29,108 nt of DNA from Archangiaceae bacterium (GCA_043750125.1 JAYVCD010000284.1:1-29108); one strand, 5' to 3'; positions 17,020-26,404 are shown, counted from the stretch's first letter. Program-made: numbers and translations. The notes: a model not told the origin generated them from the letters alone.

Positions 17020-18625
17020 AGCCCAACCCCCCGTTAATCCCCATCGAGCCGGCCGACTTCACCAGCGCCTGGGTTTCCTCTCCGACGACGAACCAAGTGA
17101 AGTTGTACTGGGCGAAGATGAAGAAGCCTTCGTAGATGTAGAAGCGAACGTTGATCTTGGCTGAAGCGAGCAGATCCAGAACGAGAAAACCGTCGTTGAA
17201 CTTGGCGGGGGCGGTCGCTTCGGTGATGTGACCCAGCCGGAACTCGAAGCCCGCCTGAAGTCCGAACTGAAATTTCCAGGCGTTCATTCGAAATTGCGGC
17301 TGAATCGCTCGCACGGTGACGAGGCTGGCTCGAACCGGCCCGATGGTTGCTGGAAAAGTGCCATCGGTGGCGGCCTCGGGCGACGCGTCTTTTTGGACTC
17401 CGATGCTCAAGGTCAGAGGATCAGGGTTGGTCAAGAAGCTGACCCCAATCACGGTGAGGCCGATGTACCGGCCGAAGACGCCGTACTCCGCGGCGGCGCC
17501 GGCGAAGGTCCGGCTGGGAGAGGTGATGAGCTCGGTTCGGGCGCTGCCGGCGTTGCCGAACCTTCGACCCACGAGCCGGTTGCTTTCGTATTGGGCCCCT
17601 TCGAAAGAGACATGGAAGTAGGCGCCCCGGCCGTAGGTCAGCTCGGTCTCGGTCGGAGGGGGCGGGGGGGGAATGGGTGCCGGAGCAATGACGTCGGTCT
17701 TGATTGCGACCGTGCCCTTCTTCGGATCGGCGCTGGCCAGCCCGGGAATGGGCTCGAGTGTCTTATCGAGCTGGTACTGCTCTTCGGCCTTGACGGTAAT
17801 CGACTGCTCGAAATCTTTGTGGCCCTCGGCGGTGAGCCGAATGGTGTGTTGGCCGGGGAGGATGCCGCGGTCGACTTTGTCCTTCCCGAGCATCTGACCG
17901 TCGACGCTGATCGAGGTTCCGGCCGGAGAAGCCGTGATCACGATTCGGGCTGCAACTTTTTGCAAAGCCTTCTCGAGGCTGGCGGCTCCGCGAACGGGAA
18001 TCACGAGCGTCTCTTCGACGGGCTGATGCAGTTTCAGATCGAGGCGAATGAGGCGTTCGCCGGGAAGGACCTGGGTGGAAAGCGGCGTCAGGCCGACTTT
18101 CACGTCATCGATGTACACGGTGGCGCCTGCAGGGGTGGTCTTCACTTCCAGGCTGGAGGCGACCGGGACGACCTTCGCCACAGCTCCGAGCAGCGCTTTT
18201 TCCAGAATTGCGTTGCTGGCTGTGGCGGGCGTGACTTCCTTGTTCGCGGGCCGGTAGCTGACGACCCGGTACTTGAACCCCGCCTCGTCTTGCCCGCCCT
18301 GGATCAGCACCACCCGATCGAAGCCCAAGGAGGCGACGAACGGATCAATGGGGTCGCTGCAGCGAGAGTCCGAGGACAAACAGGGAAGCTCGGCGAGGAC
18401 CTTGCCTTTGAGGCTGGCCGAGAGCTCCTTCATTCCGATGATTTCTTTGCTGCGATCAACTGCGGGGATCAGCTTGTCGAGTGCTTTTTCGGTGCGCTCG
18501 ACGAGCGCTTCCTGTCCCGGGTACAGGGGACGAACGAGCCAAAGCGTGCGTTCAGCGGAAGCGGTGAACCCGACGAAGAGCGCCAAGCAGATGGCGAATC
18601 GCCCGAGCAGGCGCAGGACGAACAT
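17009..18625 (-). CDS. PEGA-domain protein with C-terminal outer-membrane beta-barrel
   Basis: Signal peptide; two PEGA repeats (LEVKTTPAGATVYIDDVKVGLTPL; ITASPAGTSISVDG); Pro-rich linker; beta-strand region ending in GGLGYAF (terminal Phe). Confidence 0.85.
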   Translation of the reverse strand: MFVLRLLGRFAICLALFVGFTASAERTLWLVRPLYPGQEALVERTEKALDKLIPAVDRSKEIIGMKELSASLKGKVLAELPCLSSDSRCSDPIDPFVASLGFDRVVLIQGGQDEAGFKYRVVSYRPANKEVTPATASNAILEKALLGAVAKVVPVASSLEVKTTPAGATVYIDDVKVGLTPLSTQVLPGERLIRLDLKLHQPVEETLVIPVRGAASLEKALQKVAARIVITASPAGTSISVDGQMLGKDKVDRGILPGQHTIRLTAEGHKDFEQSITVKAEEQYQLDKTLEPIPGLASADPKKGTVAIKTDVIAPAPIPPPPPPTETELTYGRGAYFHVSFEGAQYESNRLVGRRFGNAGSARTELITSPSRTFAGAAAEYGVFGRYIGLTVIGVSFLTNPDPLTLSIGVQKDASPEAATDGTFPATIGPVRASLVTVRAIQPQFRMNAWKFQFGLQAGFEFRLGHITEATAPAKFNDGFLVLDLLASAKINVRFYIYEGFFIFAQYNFTWFVVGEETQALVKSAGSMGINGGLGYAF

Positions 18626-18637
18626 AGGGTCCGGAAA

Positions 18638-19552
18638 CTACCCTGAGGAGGTACGGGAGGCCACATATTCCTCCAGTTCTTCCAGCGTCTTAGGCCAGTC
18701 CTCTTTCAGCAATCGAGACAAGGAACGGTCGGCGAGCAGCTTGCCACCGGTCTGACAGGTCGAGCAGTAGTTGGTTTCGTTGTCGGCGTGAACGATGCGT
18801 TGCACCGGCGAGCCACAGACGGGGCACGGCTCTTTGTACCTCCCATGGACGGCCATCTTCGGGCGAAAAGCGGTGACCTTTTCGGGCCATTGATCGCCAA
18901 CTTCGTCTTGAAGACGCTGCGTCCAGGTGGTGAGGCTGGTGCGAATCGCCTCGAAGAGCCGAGCGATTTCCTCACCGCTCATCGCCCGGGTCAGCTTCAC
19001 CGGTGAGAGTTTTGCGCGGTGCAGAATCTCGTCGCTGTAGGCGTTGCCGATCGCGGAAAACAGGCGCGGGTCGGTGAGCGCCCGTTTGAGGGTGTGATTT
19101 TCGCTGCGCAGCCGCTCGGCAAACTGGTCGAGGTGAATCGAAAAAATCTCCAGGCCACCCCGGTCAAAAGCCTTCAAGGCGTGCTCCCCATGAACGAGAT
19201 GAAGCGAAGCGCGCTTTTTGGTGCTGACTTCGGTGAGCACCAGAGTTCCCGAATCAAAATCGAACCCCGCGAGGCCTGCCCGCCCCGGGAGCCTGGCTCC
19301 TTTGGGCTTCCACTGCAGCCGTCCCGCGATCATCAGATGGATGACCAGGAACAGCTGTTGCTCGAGGGCGAGGACCAGGCGCTTGCCTATGCGCGACAAG
19401 CCAATGACTTTTTTTCCATTCACCGAAGAGAGGGGCGGCTCGACTGAACGAAGGACAAAAGGGCTGCCCAGCCGGACGCGTTCCAGGGTGTGTCCCACCA
19501 CACGCGACTGCAGCGAGTGCAGGTAAACGGTGAGGTCCGGGTACTCGGGCAC
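18638..19552 (-). CDS. Fpg/Nei-family DNA glycosylase/AP lyase (MutM-like)
   Basis: N-terminal MPEYPD (catalytic Pro2/Glu3), RIGKRL, HLMIAGRL, H2TH IGNAYSDEILHRAKLSP, zinc finger CPVCG...YCSTCQ. Confidence 0.93.
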   Translation of the reverse strand: MPEYPDLTVYLHSLQSRVVGHTLERVRLGSPFVLRSVEPPLSSVNGKKVIGLSRIGKRLVLALEQQLFLVIHLMIAGRLQWKPKGARLPGRAGLAGFDFDSGTLVLTEVSTKKRASLHLVHGEHALKAFDRGGLEIFSIHLDQFAERLRSENHTLKRALTDPRLFSAIGNAYSDEILHRAKLSPVKLTRAMSGEEIARLFEAIRTSLTTWTQRLQDEVGDQWPEKVTAFRPKMAVHGRYKEPCPVCGSPVQRIVHADNETNYCSTCQTGGKLLADRSLSRLLKEDWPKTLEELEEYVASRTSSG

Positions 19553-19737
19553 GTGACAGCATAACGGCGCGCACGGAATTTTCGCGGCAGGGCATTTCGA
19601 GACTTCGAATCCTCACCCCCAGCGGAATAAATTCCTGTCGCCGTTGATCGTCGAACCCCGAAGCCCGTTTTCACTGCGCCAGGTGAATTTCTTCGCCGGC
19701 CGACCGTGTTCACGCCAGGTGCCAAAGGGGTTTTCCA

Positions 19738-20604
19738 ATGATCAACAAACAGTCGGTATGGGTCGTGGGTTTCGCTGTCCTGCTCACGGCGCTTCCAGCG
19801 CAGGCGCGGTTTGGAAAGAAGAGTCCGCCGTCGAAAGAAGAGGCGAAGTCCCACCACGAGGCGCAGCCGGTCGAGACCCGCAACGCCGATGGGTACAATG
19901 GGTTTTCTTCGGGGTCGGCTCAGTACGCAGGCGGTTCATCGCGGCGGTACTACGGCCCGCGTTACCGCTACGGTTATTGGTCGGGCGCCTTCATTCCCGG
20001 GTTTGGGTACGCGTACGCGGCCCCGAGATCTCGGGTGATCCTCACTCAACCGGTCGAAGAGGAGCCCCAGGCGCAACCCGAGCCGGCAGGAGTCCAGTTG
20101 AGCGCCGGGGTCGAGGGTCAGGGTTTCCGCGGAGGGTTCACCCTGGGCGCCTTGATTTCATTGGAAGGCGAGCGATGGGGCTTTGCGGCCAGTGGTCAGA
20201 ACATCGCCGTTCGCGCGGACAATGGGACTGACCGCATGGACCATTTGCAGGTGGCGACGGCGCATCTGACCTACGCGTTTCTGGCCGGACCCTATGGGCG
20301 GCTGCGATTGGAAGGAGGCGCAGATGCCGCATTCGCGCCGAACCTGATCGTGATTGGGCCGACGGGAGGCTTTTCGGGCACGGTGTGGATTGGGGGCCCT
20401 TTCGCGATTGAAGGCTCGGTCATGGTGACCCCGTGGCCGTATCGACAGTTCGACGGGAAGATTGGCGTCGCGCTCGGGCTGGGCCCGGTCGGTCTTCGAG
20501 CCGGATTTCGCACCCAGGTTCTGGATGATCGCGGGCTGGTCGATGGGGTCGTGCACCAGGACGCCTTCATCGGTCCGTACGTTGGTTTGGCTTTGGTGTT
20601 CTGA
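19738..20604 (+). CDS. Exported hypothetical protein, probable small OM beta-barrel
   Basis: Signal peptide (PAQA-R), disordered Tyr/Gly-rich N-terminal part, amphipathic beta-strands, C-terminal YVGLALVF. Confidence 0.75.
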   Translation: MINKQSVWVVGFAVLLTALPAQARFGKKSPPSKEEAKSHHEAQPVETRNADGYNGFSSGSAQYAGGSSRRYYGPRYRYGYWSGAFIPGFGYAYAAPRSRVILTQPVEEEPQAQPEPAGVQLSAGVEGQGFRGGFTLGALISLEGERWGFAASGQNIAVRADNGTDRMDHLQVATAHLTYAFLAGPYGRLRLEGGADAAFAPNLIVIGPTGGFSGTVWIGGPFAIEGSVMVTPWPYRQFDGKIGVALGLGPVGLRAGFRTQVLDDRGLVDGVVHQDAFIGPYVGLALVF

Positions 20605-20631
20605 GCCGCAGCACGGGTTAAGTGAAGCCGC

Positions 20632-21044
20632 ATGGCGATTGTCGAACGCGATTTCATCATGCGGCTCGTGAAGCAGTTGGCTGAGCTGCTCGCGCGCGCA
20701 ATGAAGCTGAAGGCGGCCAAGAGAGACGACGAAGCCATCGAAGTCATCGAAGTCATCGAGTCGGGTTGCCTGTCCCTGCTGGGCATCGACTGGAAGACGC
20801 TGGCCTGGGTCGATTCGGCGTCCGCGGCGCAGCTGCTCAAGGAGCCCGCGCGATTCGAGCGTTCGCAGCCCTGCTCGAACAACGGGCCCGATTTCACGCC
20901 GAAGCGGGCGAGCAAGCTGAAGCCCGATCGAAAAATCAGCACGCGTTCGAGATGTATCGGGAAGCGGGTGATGACAAGGAATCGGTGGCCGGAGCCCAGC
21001 GCACGGGAGCGCTGATCGACGTGGTCTTGTTCCCTCTTGGGTGA
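20632..21044 (+). pseudogene. Frameshifted small helical protein gene (DUF6483-like N-terminus); pseudogene or sequencing error
   Basis: Frame of 20632 reads MAIVERDFIMRLVKQLAELLARA...QLLKEPAR and then loses protein-like character; the -1 frame continues IRAFAALLEQRARFHAEAGEQAEARSKNQHAFEMYREA...LFPLG* to 21044. One base appears to be missing near 20853. Confidence 0.7.
20736..20760 (+). repeat. Short in-frame tandem repeat CATCGAAGT x2 plus partial copy
   Basis: CATCGAAGT CATCGAAGT CATCGAG, giving EAIEVIEVIES. Confidence 0.8.
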
Positions 21045-21047
21045 ACG

Positions 21048-22136
21048 CTAGGTCGCGGCCTCGATCCCCACCCGCGCGGCAAGCTCGGGGCGACGCAGCT
21101 TCCAGATCACGCCGTCGAGCCAGTAGTGCGAGAGCGTGAGGCTGACCCAGATTACCCCGCCCCAAGTGTAGGCGTCCCAGCCCTTGCCTCGGGTCACGAA
21201 GGCCCCGGCATAGATGATTCCGTAAACGCACCCGGCAAGCGCGAGCAAGAACGCAAAGTAGAGCGCACCGCGCAGGTAGCCCGGTTGCCCCAGCCAGCTG
21301 ACGATCTTCGCGTCGGGATCCACGCCGGCCTTCCAGGTGGTCCGGTGGTAGTGGCGGACGATGCCCAGGTATTGAAAGCCATGCCAGCAGGCGGCAGCCG
21401 CAAAGGCCGAAGTGTCGTCGGTGGTGATGAAGTGGAAGGGGACGAAAAACCCGACCGCCGCGCAGCCCAGAAAGGCCGCCCGCAGGTACGCCGCTTTGGC
21501 CCACCGTTCGTTGCGGGTTCGGAAGCGTTGGACGGTGTAGAGCCCGAGTAGAAACAAGACGGGGCCGAGCAGGCCGTTGACCACTGCTTGCGGAAGCGGG
21601 ATCCAGAAGACTTCGTAGCCGAACAGAACGCGGGGGCCGATGTAGATCCGGTGAAGCAGGCACCAGAGGACGAACAACATCAGCATCGGCTTTTCGACCC
21701 GCATCGCAATCGACGACTCAGGCTCGCCGGACTTGCGCTGATAGATGCGGAGGATCCCCCAGTTTTGAGCCACGAAGTGCCAGGTCGCCCAATAGAGGAT
21801 GGCTGAGTTGAGAATCCGGGTCCCCGTCGTTTTGAGGACGACGTTCGCGAAGACGACAAACGCAACGATCATCAACGGGACGACGACGAGCAAGAAGGGC
21901 TGCCGCTTCCATTCGCGCGAATCGAAGTAGACGCGGGTCCAGGTCGAGATCAGGTGGGGCCCGTTCGAGACCACCGCGACCGTGGCGAGAATATAAAAGC
22001 CGTCGACCTTGAAGACCGAGGCCGCAAGCCAGGCCAGCACCACCACCGAGACACTCAAGAAGAAGAACAGAAAGTCTTTGGTGGGGGATGCGATGAACAG
22101 CGAGCGGGGGGCGATGCCGATGTCAGCGGTACTCAT
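21048..22136 (-). CDS. Polytopic membrane protein with His motifs, function unknown
   Basis: 362 aa, many hydrophobic helices; motifs NGPHLISTWTRVY, WATWHFVAQNWGILRIY, WHGFQYLGIV, SHYWLDGVIWKLR. Confidence 0.8.
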   Translation of the reverse strand: MSTADIGIAPRSLFIASPTKDFLFFFLSVSVVVLAWLAASVFKVDGFYILATVAVVSNGPHLISTWTRVYFDSREWKRQPFLLVVVPLMIVAFVVFANVVLKTTGTRILNSAILYWATWHFVAQNWGILRIYQRKSGEPESSIAMRVEKPMLMLFVLWCLLHRIYIGPRVLFGYEVFWIPLPQAVVNGLLGPVLFLLGLYTVQRFRTRNERWAKAAYLRAAFLGCAAVGFFVPFHFITTDDTSAFAAAACWHGFQYLGIVRHYHRTTWKAGVDPDAKIVSWLGQPGYLRGALYFAFLLALAGCVYGIIYAGAFVTRGKGWDAYTWGGVIWVSLTLSHYWLDGVIWKLRRPELAARVGIEAAT

Positions 22137-22167
22137 GGAGTGGGCGCACGTCTATACCAGCGCTGTC

Positions 22168-22884
22168 ATGATTCCCATTCGGCTGGTCTTCCTGCGCCCG
22201 CGCAACGCCGACAACCTCGGCGCGATCGCCCGCGCCATGAAAAATTTCGGCCTCTCCGATTGGGTGGTGGTCTCACCCAACCCGGAATTGCTCGAAGAAC
22301 CGGGGACCCTGCGCCTGGCGGTGAAGTCGGCCGACCTGCTCGATTCGGTGCGGTGCGTCGACACGCTGGCCGAGGCGGTCTCGGACTGCACCTGGGTGGT
22401 GGGGACGACGATGCGCCAGGTCGATGGACGCCGTCGGCTGTACCCCGAAGAGGTGGCCCGGGAAGGCCTCGAGCGGGGCGAGAAATTCGCGGTGGTGTTC
22501 GGCGACGAACGCAGTGGTCTGACCAACGAGGATCTTTCGCAGTGCCACGCCTTGTCGGTGATTCCCACCGCGGGCGAGCAGCCCTCGCTCAACCTTTCCC
22601 AGGCGGCGGTAATCTACGCGCAGGCGCTCTTCAACGCCGACCGGGTCAACGCGCCGTGGGGAAAGAGGGCCCTGGCCCCAGCGCTCGCCAACGATGGCAC
22701 CCTGCGCGCGTTGCGAGCTGCGCTGGAAGAGGCCCTGACCGCGGGCAACTTTCTTCAGAGCGAAGGAGGCGGTGCGGTCGATGAATTGCTCGCTACGCTG
22801 CTGCGCGCGCGCCCCACTCGGAAGGAAGGGGCGCTCTGGTTGGCGGCGCTGAAGTCGCAAACCAGGGCACTGACGCGACGGTAG
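22168..22884 (+). CDS. SpoU/TrmH-family RNA methyltransferase (TrmJ/LasT-like)
   Basis: Start ATG 22168 (MIPIRLVFLRPRNADNLGAIARAMKNFGL), VFGDERSGLTNEDL, PSLNLSQAAVI; the ORF-track start at 22009 overlaps the divergent gene. Confidence 0.9.
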   Translation: MIPIRLVFLRPRNADNLGAIARAMKNFGLSDWVVVSPNPELLEEPGTLRLAVKSADLLDSVRCVDTLAEAVSDCTWVVGTTMRQVDGRRRLYPEEVAREGLERGEKFAVVFGDERSGLTNEDLSQCHALSVIPTAGEQPSLNLSQAAVIYAQALFNADRVNAPWGKRALAPALANDGTLRALRAALEEALTAGNFLQSEGGGAVDELLATLLRARPTRKEGALWLAALKSQTRALTRR

Positions 22885-22921
22885 CGCCTCATCGCTTTGC
22901 CAGCGCACATCGGAAAGCCCG

Positions 22922-25900
22922 ATGATGTCGCCCGTGCGTCTACAGCTCTGGGTTGTCGCGTGGGTGGCGTTGTTGGGTGCCGGCTGCACCTGCCATGGCG
23001 GGGGTGAGCTCGATGGCGGTTCGGGCGGTGGCACCGGGGGGGGCGGAGGAGGAACGGGCACCGGCGGAGGATCGCCCAGTGGACGGTGCGAGACCGAGCT
23101 CGAGCGATTCAAGTCGACGGCCACCGGCACCCTGAAGCTCAAGCAGGTCGAAGGGCCGGCGGACCTGATCGGCGGCCCGACCGCGGCGGGGAAGGTCGGC
23201 GACTACCTGCTGCAAAACGAAAAGATCAAAGTCATCGTTCAGGGCTTCGACCGCCACATCGGCCCACAGCCGTACGGAGGCACGATTCTCGATGCGGATC
23301 TCGTCCGCGCCCCCGGGGTGCCGGGCCAGGACCAATTCGGTGAGACCGGCCTGCTCTACAACTTCGGTCGCACGCTCGACCCCCAAAAGTTCGAGGTGCT
23401 CGCGGACGGCAGCGATGGGCGCGCGGTGGTGTTGGCGGTGAGCGGCCCCGACGCGGCCAACGACTACCTGTCAATTCGCAACCAGCTGCGAAACATGGTC
23501 GGCACTCTTCCGGTCACCGACCCCTATCTCGCGGTGCCTTTGTGGGTGACGAACTACTTCATCCTCAACCCGAACGAGCAGCGGCTGCGCTTCGTCACCG
23601 CGTTCTGCAACACCAGCGCTTCGAAGGAAGTGGTGCTGGCGGTCGGAGATCTCACCGACCCCGGCTACGTGCTCGAGATGTTCAACCCTCAGGCGTGCAC
23701 GTTGGGCTTCGGCACGGGAGGCCTGTGCTTCGGACTCGATCGGATGAACTGGTTCGGGTACCAGGGCCAGGGGGTGGCTTATGGGTACGCCCCGTACAAG
23801 GTGGGATCTGCGCTTCAGCCCGAGCCGCAGAACGCGCTGCTCACCGTCGCCGGAATCACCGGTTCGATCGTGGGCGCTGCGGGTTTGAACGGGCTGTTGA
23901 CCTGGTTCGATGCGAGCCGGACCAGTTGGCAAGGTGAGATGCGAATTCCTCCACAGGGCAATGGAGTTTTTTCGCGCGACTTCGTCATCGGCAAGGACCT
24001 GGGAGAGGTGAACAACCTGATCGAGGCCACCCGGGCCGCGGTGACCGGGGACAGCTCAGGACAAGTCGAAGCGACAGTGACTTCGAACGGGACCCCGCTG
24101 GCCGACGCCCGGGTGGTGTTCGCGAGCAACAATGGAAACGTGGTGTTGATGACGGGCGCTGATGGCAAGGCACACGGCTTGTTGAACCCCCGTCAGTGGA
24201 CGGCCTCGGCCTGGGCGCCGGCGCGCGTTCCTTCCGCCGCGAAGACGGTGATGATCTCGGCGGCAGTTCCCTCAAGCGTGTCGTTCGACCTGATCAGCCC
24301 CCGCAGGCTGACGGTGAATGTTCGGGAAGCCAACGGAGGCCCAATGCCCGCGAAGGTGACCGTGCTCTGCGCCGCGGGCCCCTGCCCTGCCCCGCAGCGA
24401 ACGTTGGTGCCCTACACCGACGCGCACAAAGACCCGATGCCGGACCACGTTCAGGCGGTGGGCTTTGTCGGAGTGTCGGGGACCACGAGCCTGCAGTTGG
24501 CTCCGGGGCAATACCTGGTGCTGGTCAGCCGGGGCCCGGAGTACTCGATTCACCCCAACGGCTATCCGGCGACGCCGGGGACCCCCGTCGACCTGCGCGC
24601 CGCGGACGGAACGGTGAACGCGGTGCTGGCGCGGGTGGTCGACACCACCGGGTGGATGAGCGCCGATACCCACGTGCACGCGGTCAACAGCGTCGACAGC
24701 ATCGTCGACAACGCAACCCGAATCGCAGGCTACGCGGCCGATGGGCTCGACATCATCGTCAGCACCGATCACGACTTCGTGACCGACTTTGCGCCCGTCA
24801 TCGCGGCCGCCGGGCTGGGACCGTTTCTCGCGACGGTGAGCGGCGAAGAAATCTCGACGATGGACTGGGGGCACTACAACCTCTTCCCGCTGGCCGCCGA
24901 CCCTGCCGACAAGATCACGGGGGGCGCGGTCGATTGGGCGGGGGGGCGCGGGCCCACCCTGGGTCCGGTGTTGATGTTTGCCGAGGCGCGCCGGCGGGGG
25001 GTGAAGACCATTCAGGTGAACCACCCGCGCGGATTTCTGGGCGGGCTGACCCACTTGAGAGCCGACACCGACACCTTTGCCACTCACGCGGCTCCCGAGT
25101 CGTTTCGGATCGCGCCGGTGGCCGGGGCGACCTCGAGCGATACCCGGCTGCTGAGCACCGAATTCAACGCGATGGAAGTGCTGAACAACGCCGAAGACGA
25201 GTTCGACGCAGCGGGCCTGTCGGCACGAGGGCGAATGAACGACTGGATGACGTTGCTCTCGCGGGGTTTTCCGATCGCGGGAACTGGAACCAGCGATTCC
25301 CATCACCGCTCGATGACCAGCGGCTGGCGCACGTTCATCGAAATGGGAAGCGATGACCCGAGCCAGTTCGACCCCCAGTTGATGTCGGCCCGGCTCAACG
25401 CGATGAGGGCGGTGGTGACGAACGGGCCGTTCGTGAAGATTTCCGTGTACCGGGTGGACGCCGCGGGAACCCAGGTGACCGCATCGGTCGGGCCGGGAGG
25501 CACGGTGGAGCAGGACAGCCGCGACCTCGGGGTCACCCTCGAGGTGCAGGTGCCTGAGTACCTGGATGTCACCCGGGTCGAGCTCTACCTGCACAAGTCG
25601 CAAGACGACCTCGCGTGCCCGATCGATCCCACTTCGCCCAGGGCGGCGACGACCCGGGTGGCGTGCGATGGAGTGATGAACTCCAACTGGCCGGTGTCGG
25701 GAATCTCGGCGACCCAGGCGGTGGTGCTCAACCCGTCGGATCTGCAGACGGTGACGACCGACTCAGGCGTGATCTACCGCCGCTACCGCAAGACGGTGAA
25801 CTTTCGGCTGCCGGCGCCCACGACCGACAACTGGGTGGTGGCGATGATCTACGGCAGCCGGACGCTGTTCCCCCTGAACTTCAACCGGCCCAGCGGCAGT

Positions 25901-26107
25901 GGAGTGGTGAGCCCGACGGCTCCCTTTGCGCTGACCAACCCGGTGTTCGTCGACGCCAACGGCAACGGGTACGACAAGCCTCCGTTCAAGACCTCGGGCG
26001 CCGCTCCACGCCTGACGCCCCATCACGCCGAAGAGCTTCCGGTGGTGTGGCCGGTTTCGACGGACGAGATGGTGCAGCGCTGGGGCGCCTACTTCAGCGC
26101 CCAGTGA
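22922..26107 (+). CDS. Large lipoprotein with PHP-type (CehA/McbA-like) metallohydrolase domain
   Basis: Lipobox LGAG-C, Gly-rich linker, beta-rich N-terminal domains; PHP motifs DTHVHA, STDHD, GEEIST, GHYN, NHPR, SDSH. Start may be GTG 22934. Confidence 0.85.
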   Translation: MMSPVRLQLWVVAWVALLGAGCTCHGGGELDGGSGGGTGGGGGGTGTGGGSPSGRCETELERFKSTATGTLKLKQVEGPADLIGGPTAAGKVGDYLLQNEKIKVIVQGFDRHIGPQPYGGTILDADLVRAPGVPGQDQFGETGLLYNFGRTLDPQKFEVLADGSDGRAVVLAVSGPDAANDYLSIRNQLRNMVGTLPVTDPYLAVPLWVTNYFILNPNEQRLRFVTAFCNTSASKEVVLAVGDLTDPGYVLEMFNPQACTLGFGTGGLCFGLDRMNWFGYQGQGVAYGYAPYKVGSALQPEPQNALLTVAGITGSIVGAAGLNGLLTWFDASRTSWQGEMRIPPQGNGVFSRDFVIGKDLGEVNNLIEATRAAVTGDSSGQVEATVTSNGTPLADARVVFASNNGNVVLMTGADGKAHGLLNPRQWTASAWAPARVPSAAKTVMISAAVPSSVSFDLISPRRLTVNVREANGGPMPAKVTVLCAAGPCPAPQRTLVPYTDAHKDPMPDHVQAVGFVGVSGTTSLQLAPGQYLVLVSRGPEYSIHPNGYPATPGTPVDLRAADGTVNAVLARVVDTTGWMSADTHVHAVNSVDSIVDNATRIAGYAADGLDIIVSTDHDFVTDFAPVIAAAGLGPFLATVSGEEISTMDWGHYNLFPLAADPADKITGGAVDWAGGRGPTLGPVLMFAEARRRGVKTIQVNHPRGFLGGLTHLRADTDTFATHAAPESFRIAPVAGATSSDTRLLSTEFNAMEVLNNAEDEFDAAGLSARGRMNDWMTLLSRGFPIAGTGTSDSHHRSMTSGWRTFIEMGSDDPSQFDPQLMSARLNAMRAVVTNGPFVKISVYRVDAAGTQVTASVGPGGTVEQDSRDLGVTLEVQVPEYLDVTRVELYLHKSQDDLACPIDPTSPRAATTRVACDGVMNSNWPVSGISATQAVVLNPSDLQTVTTDSGVIYRRYRKTVNFRLPAPTTDNWVVAMIYGSRTLFPLNFNRPSGSGVVSPTAPFALTNPVFVDANGNGYDKPPFKTSGAAPRLTPHHAEELPVVWPVSTDEMVQRWGAYFSAQ

Positions 26108-26209
26108 AGGCGGGGGCAATCGCCTTGCCTTTGCAGCGCGTGTGCGGGATACGCGCGGCTGGTAGTTTTGGCCCTTCGGTGGGCACATAAAGAGGAGGTG
26201 AACAGCTCA

Positions 26210-26404
26210 ATGACGACCATTCGCGTCAAGGACGGCGAGTCGATCGAAGGAGCGCTCAAGCGCTTCAAGAAGGCGACAGAGAAGGCAGGAATTCTCTCCG
26301 AGATTCGCAAGCGTGAGCACTACGAGAAGCCTTCGGTAAAGAAGAAGAAGAAGGCGCTCGCAGCGAAGAAGCGCGCAGTGAAGAAGCTTCGCAAGAACTT
26401 CTAA
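26210..26404 (+). CDS. rpsU: 30S ribosomal protein S21
   Basis: [65 protein letters not shown] upstream of ATG 26210. Confidence 0.98.
   Translation: MTTIRVKDGESIEGALKRFKKATEKAGILSEIRKREHYEKPSVKKKKKALAAKKRAVKKLRKNF

Noticed and set aside
20840-20860. Programmed -1 ribosomal frameshift
   Set aside because: No X XXY YYZ slippery heptamer at the junction; mutation or sequencing error is simpler.
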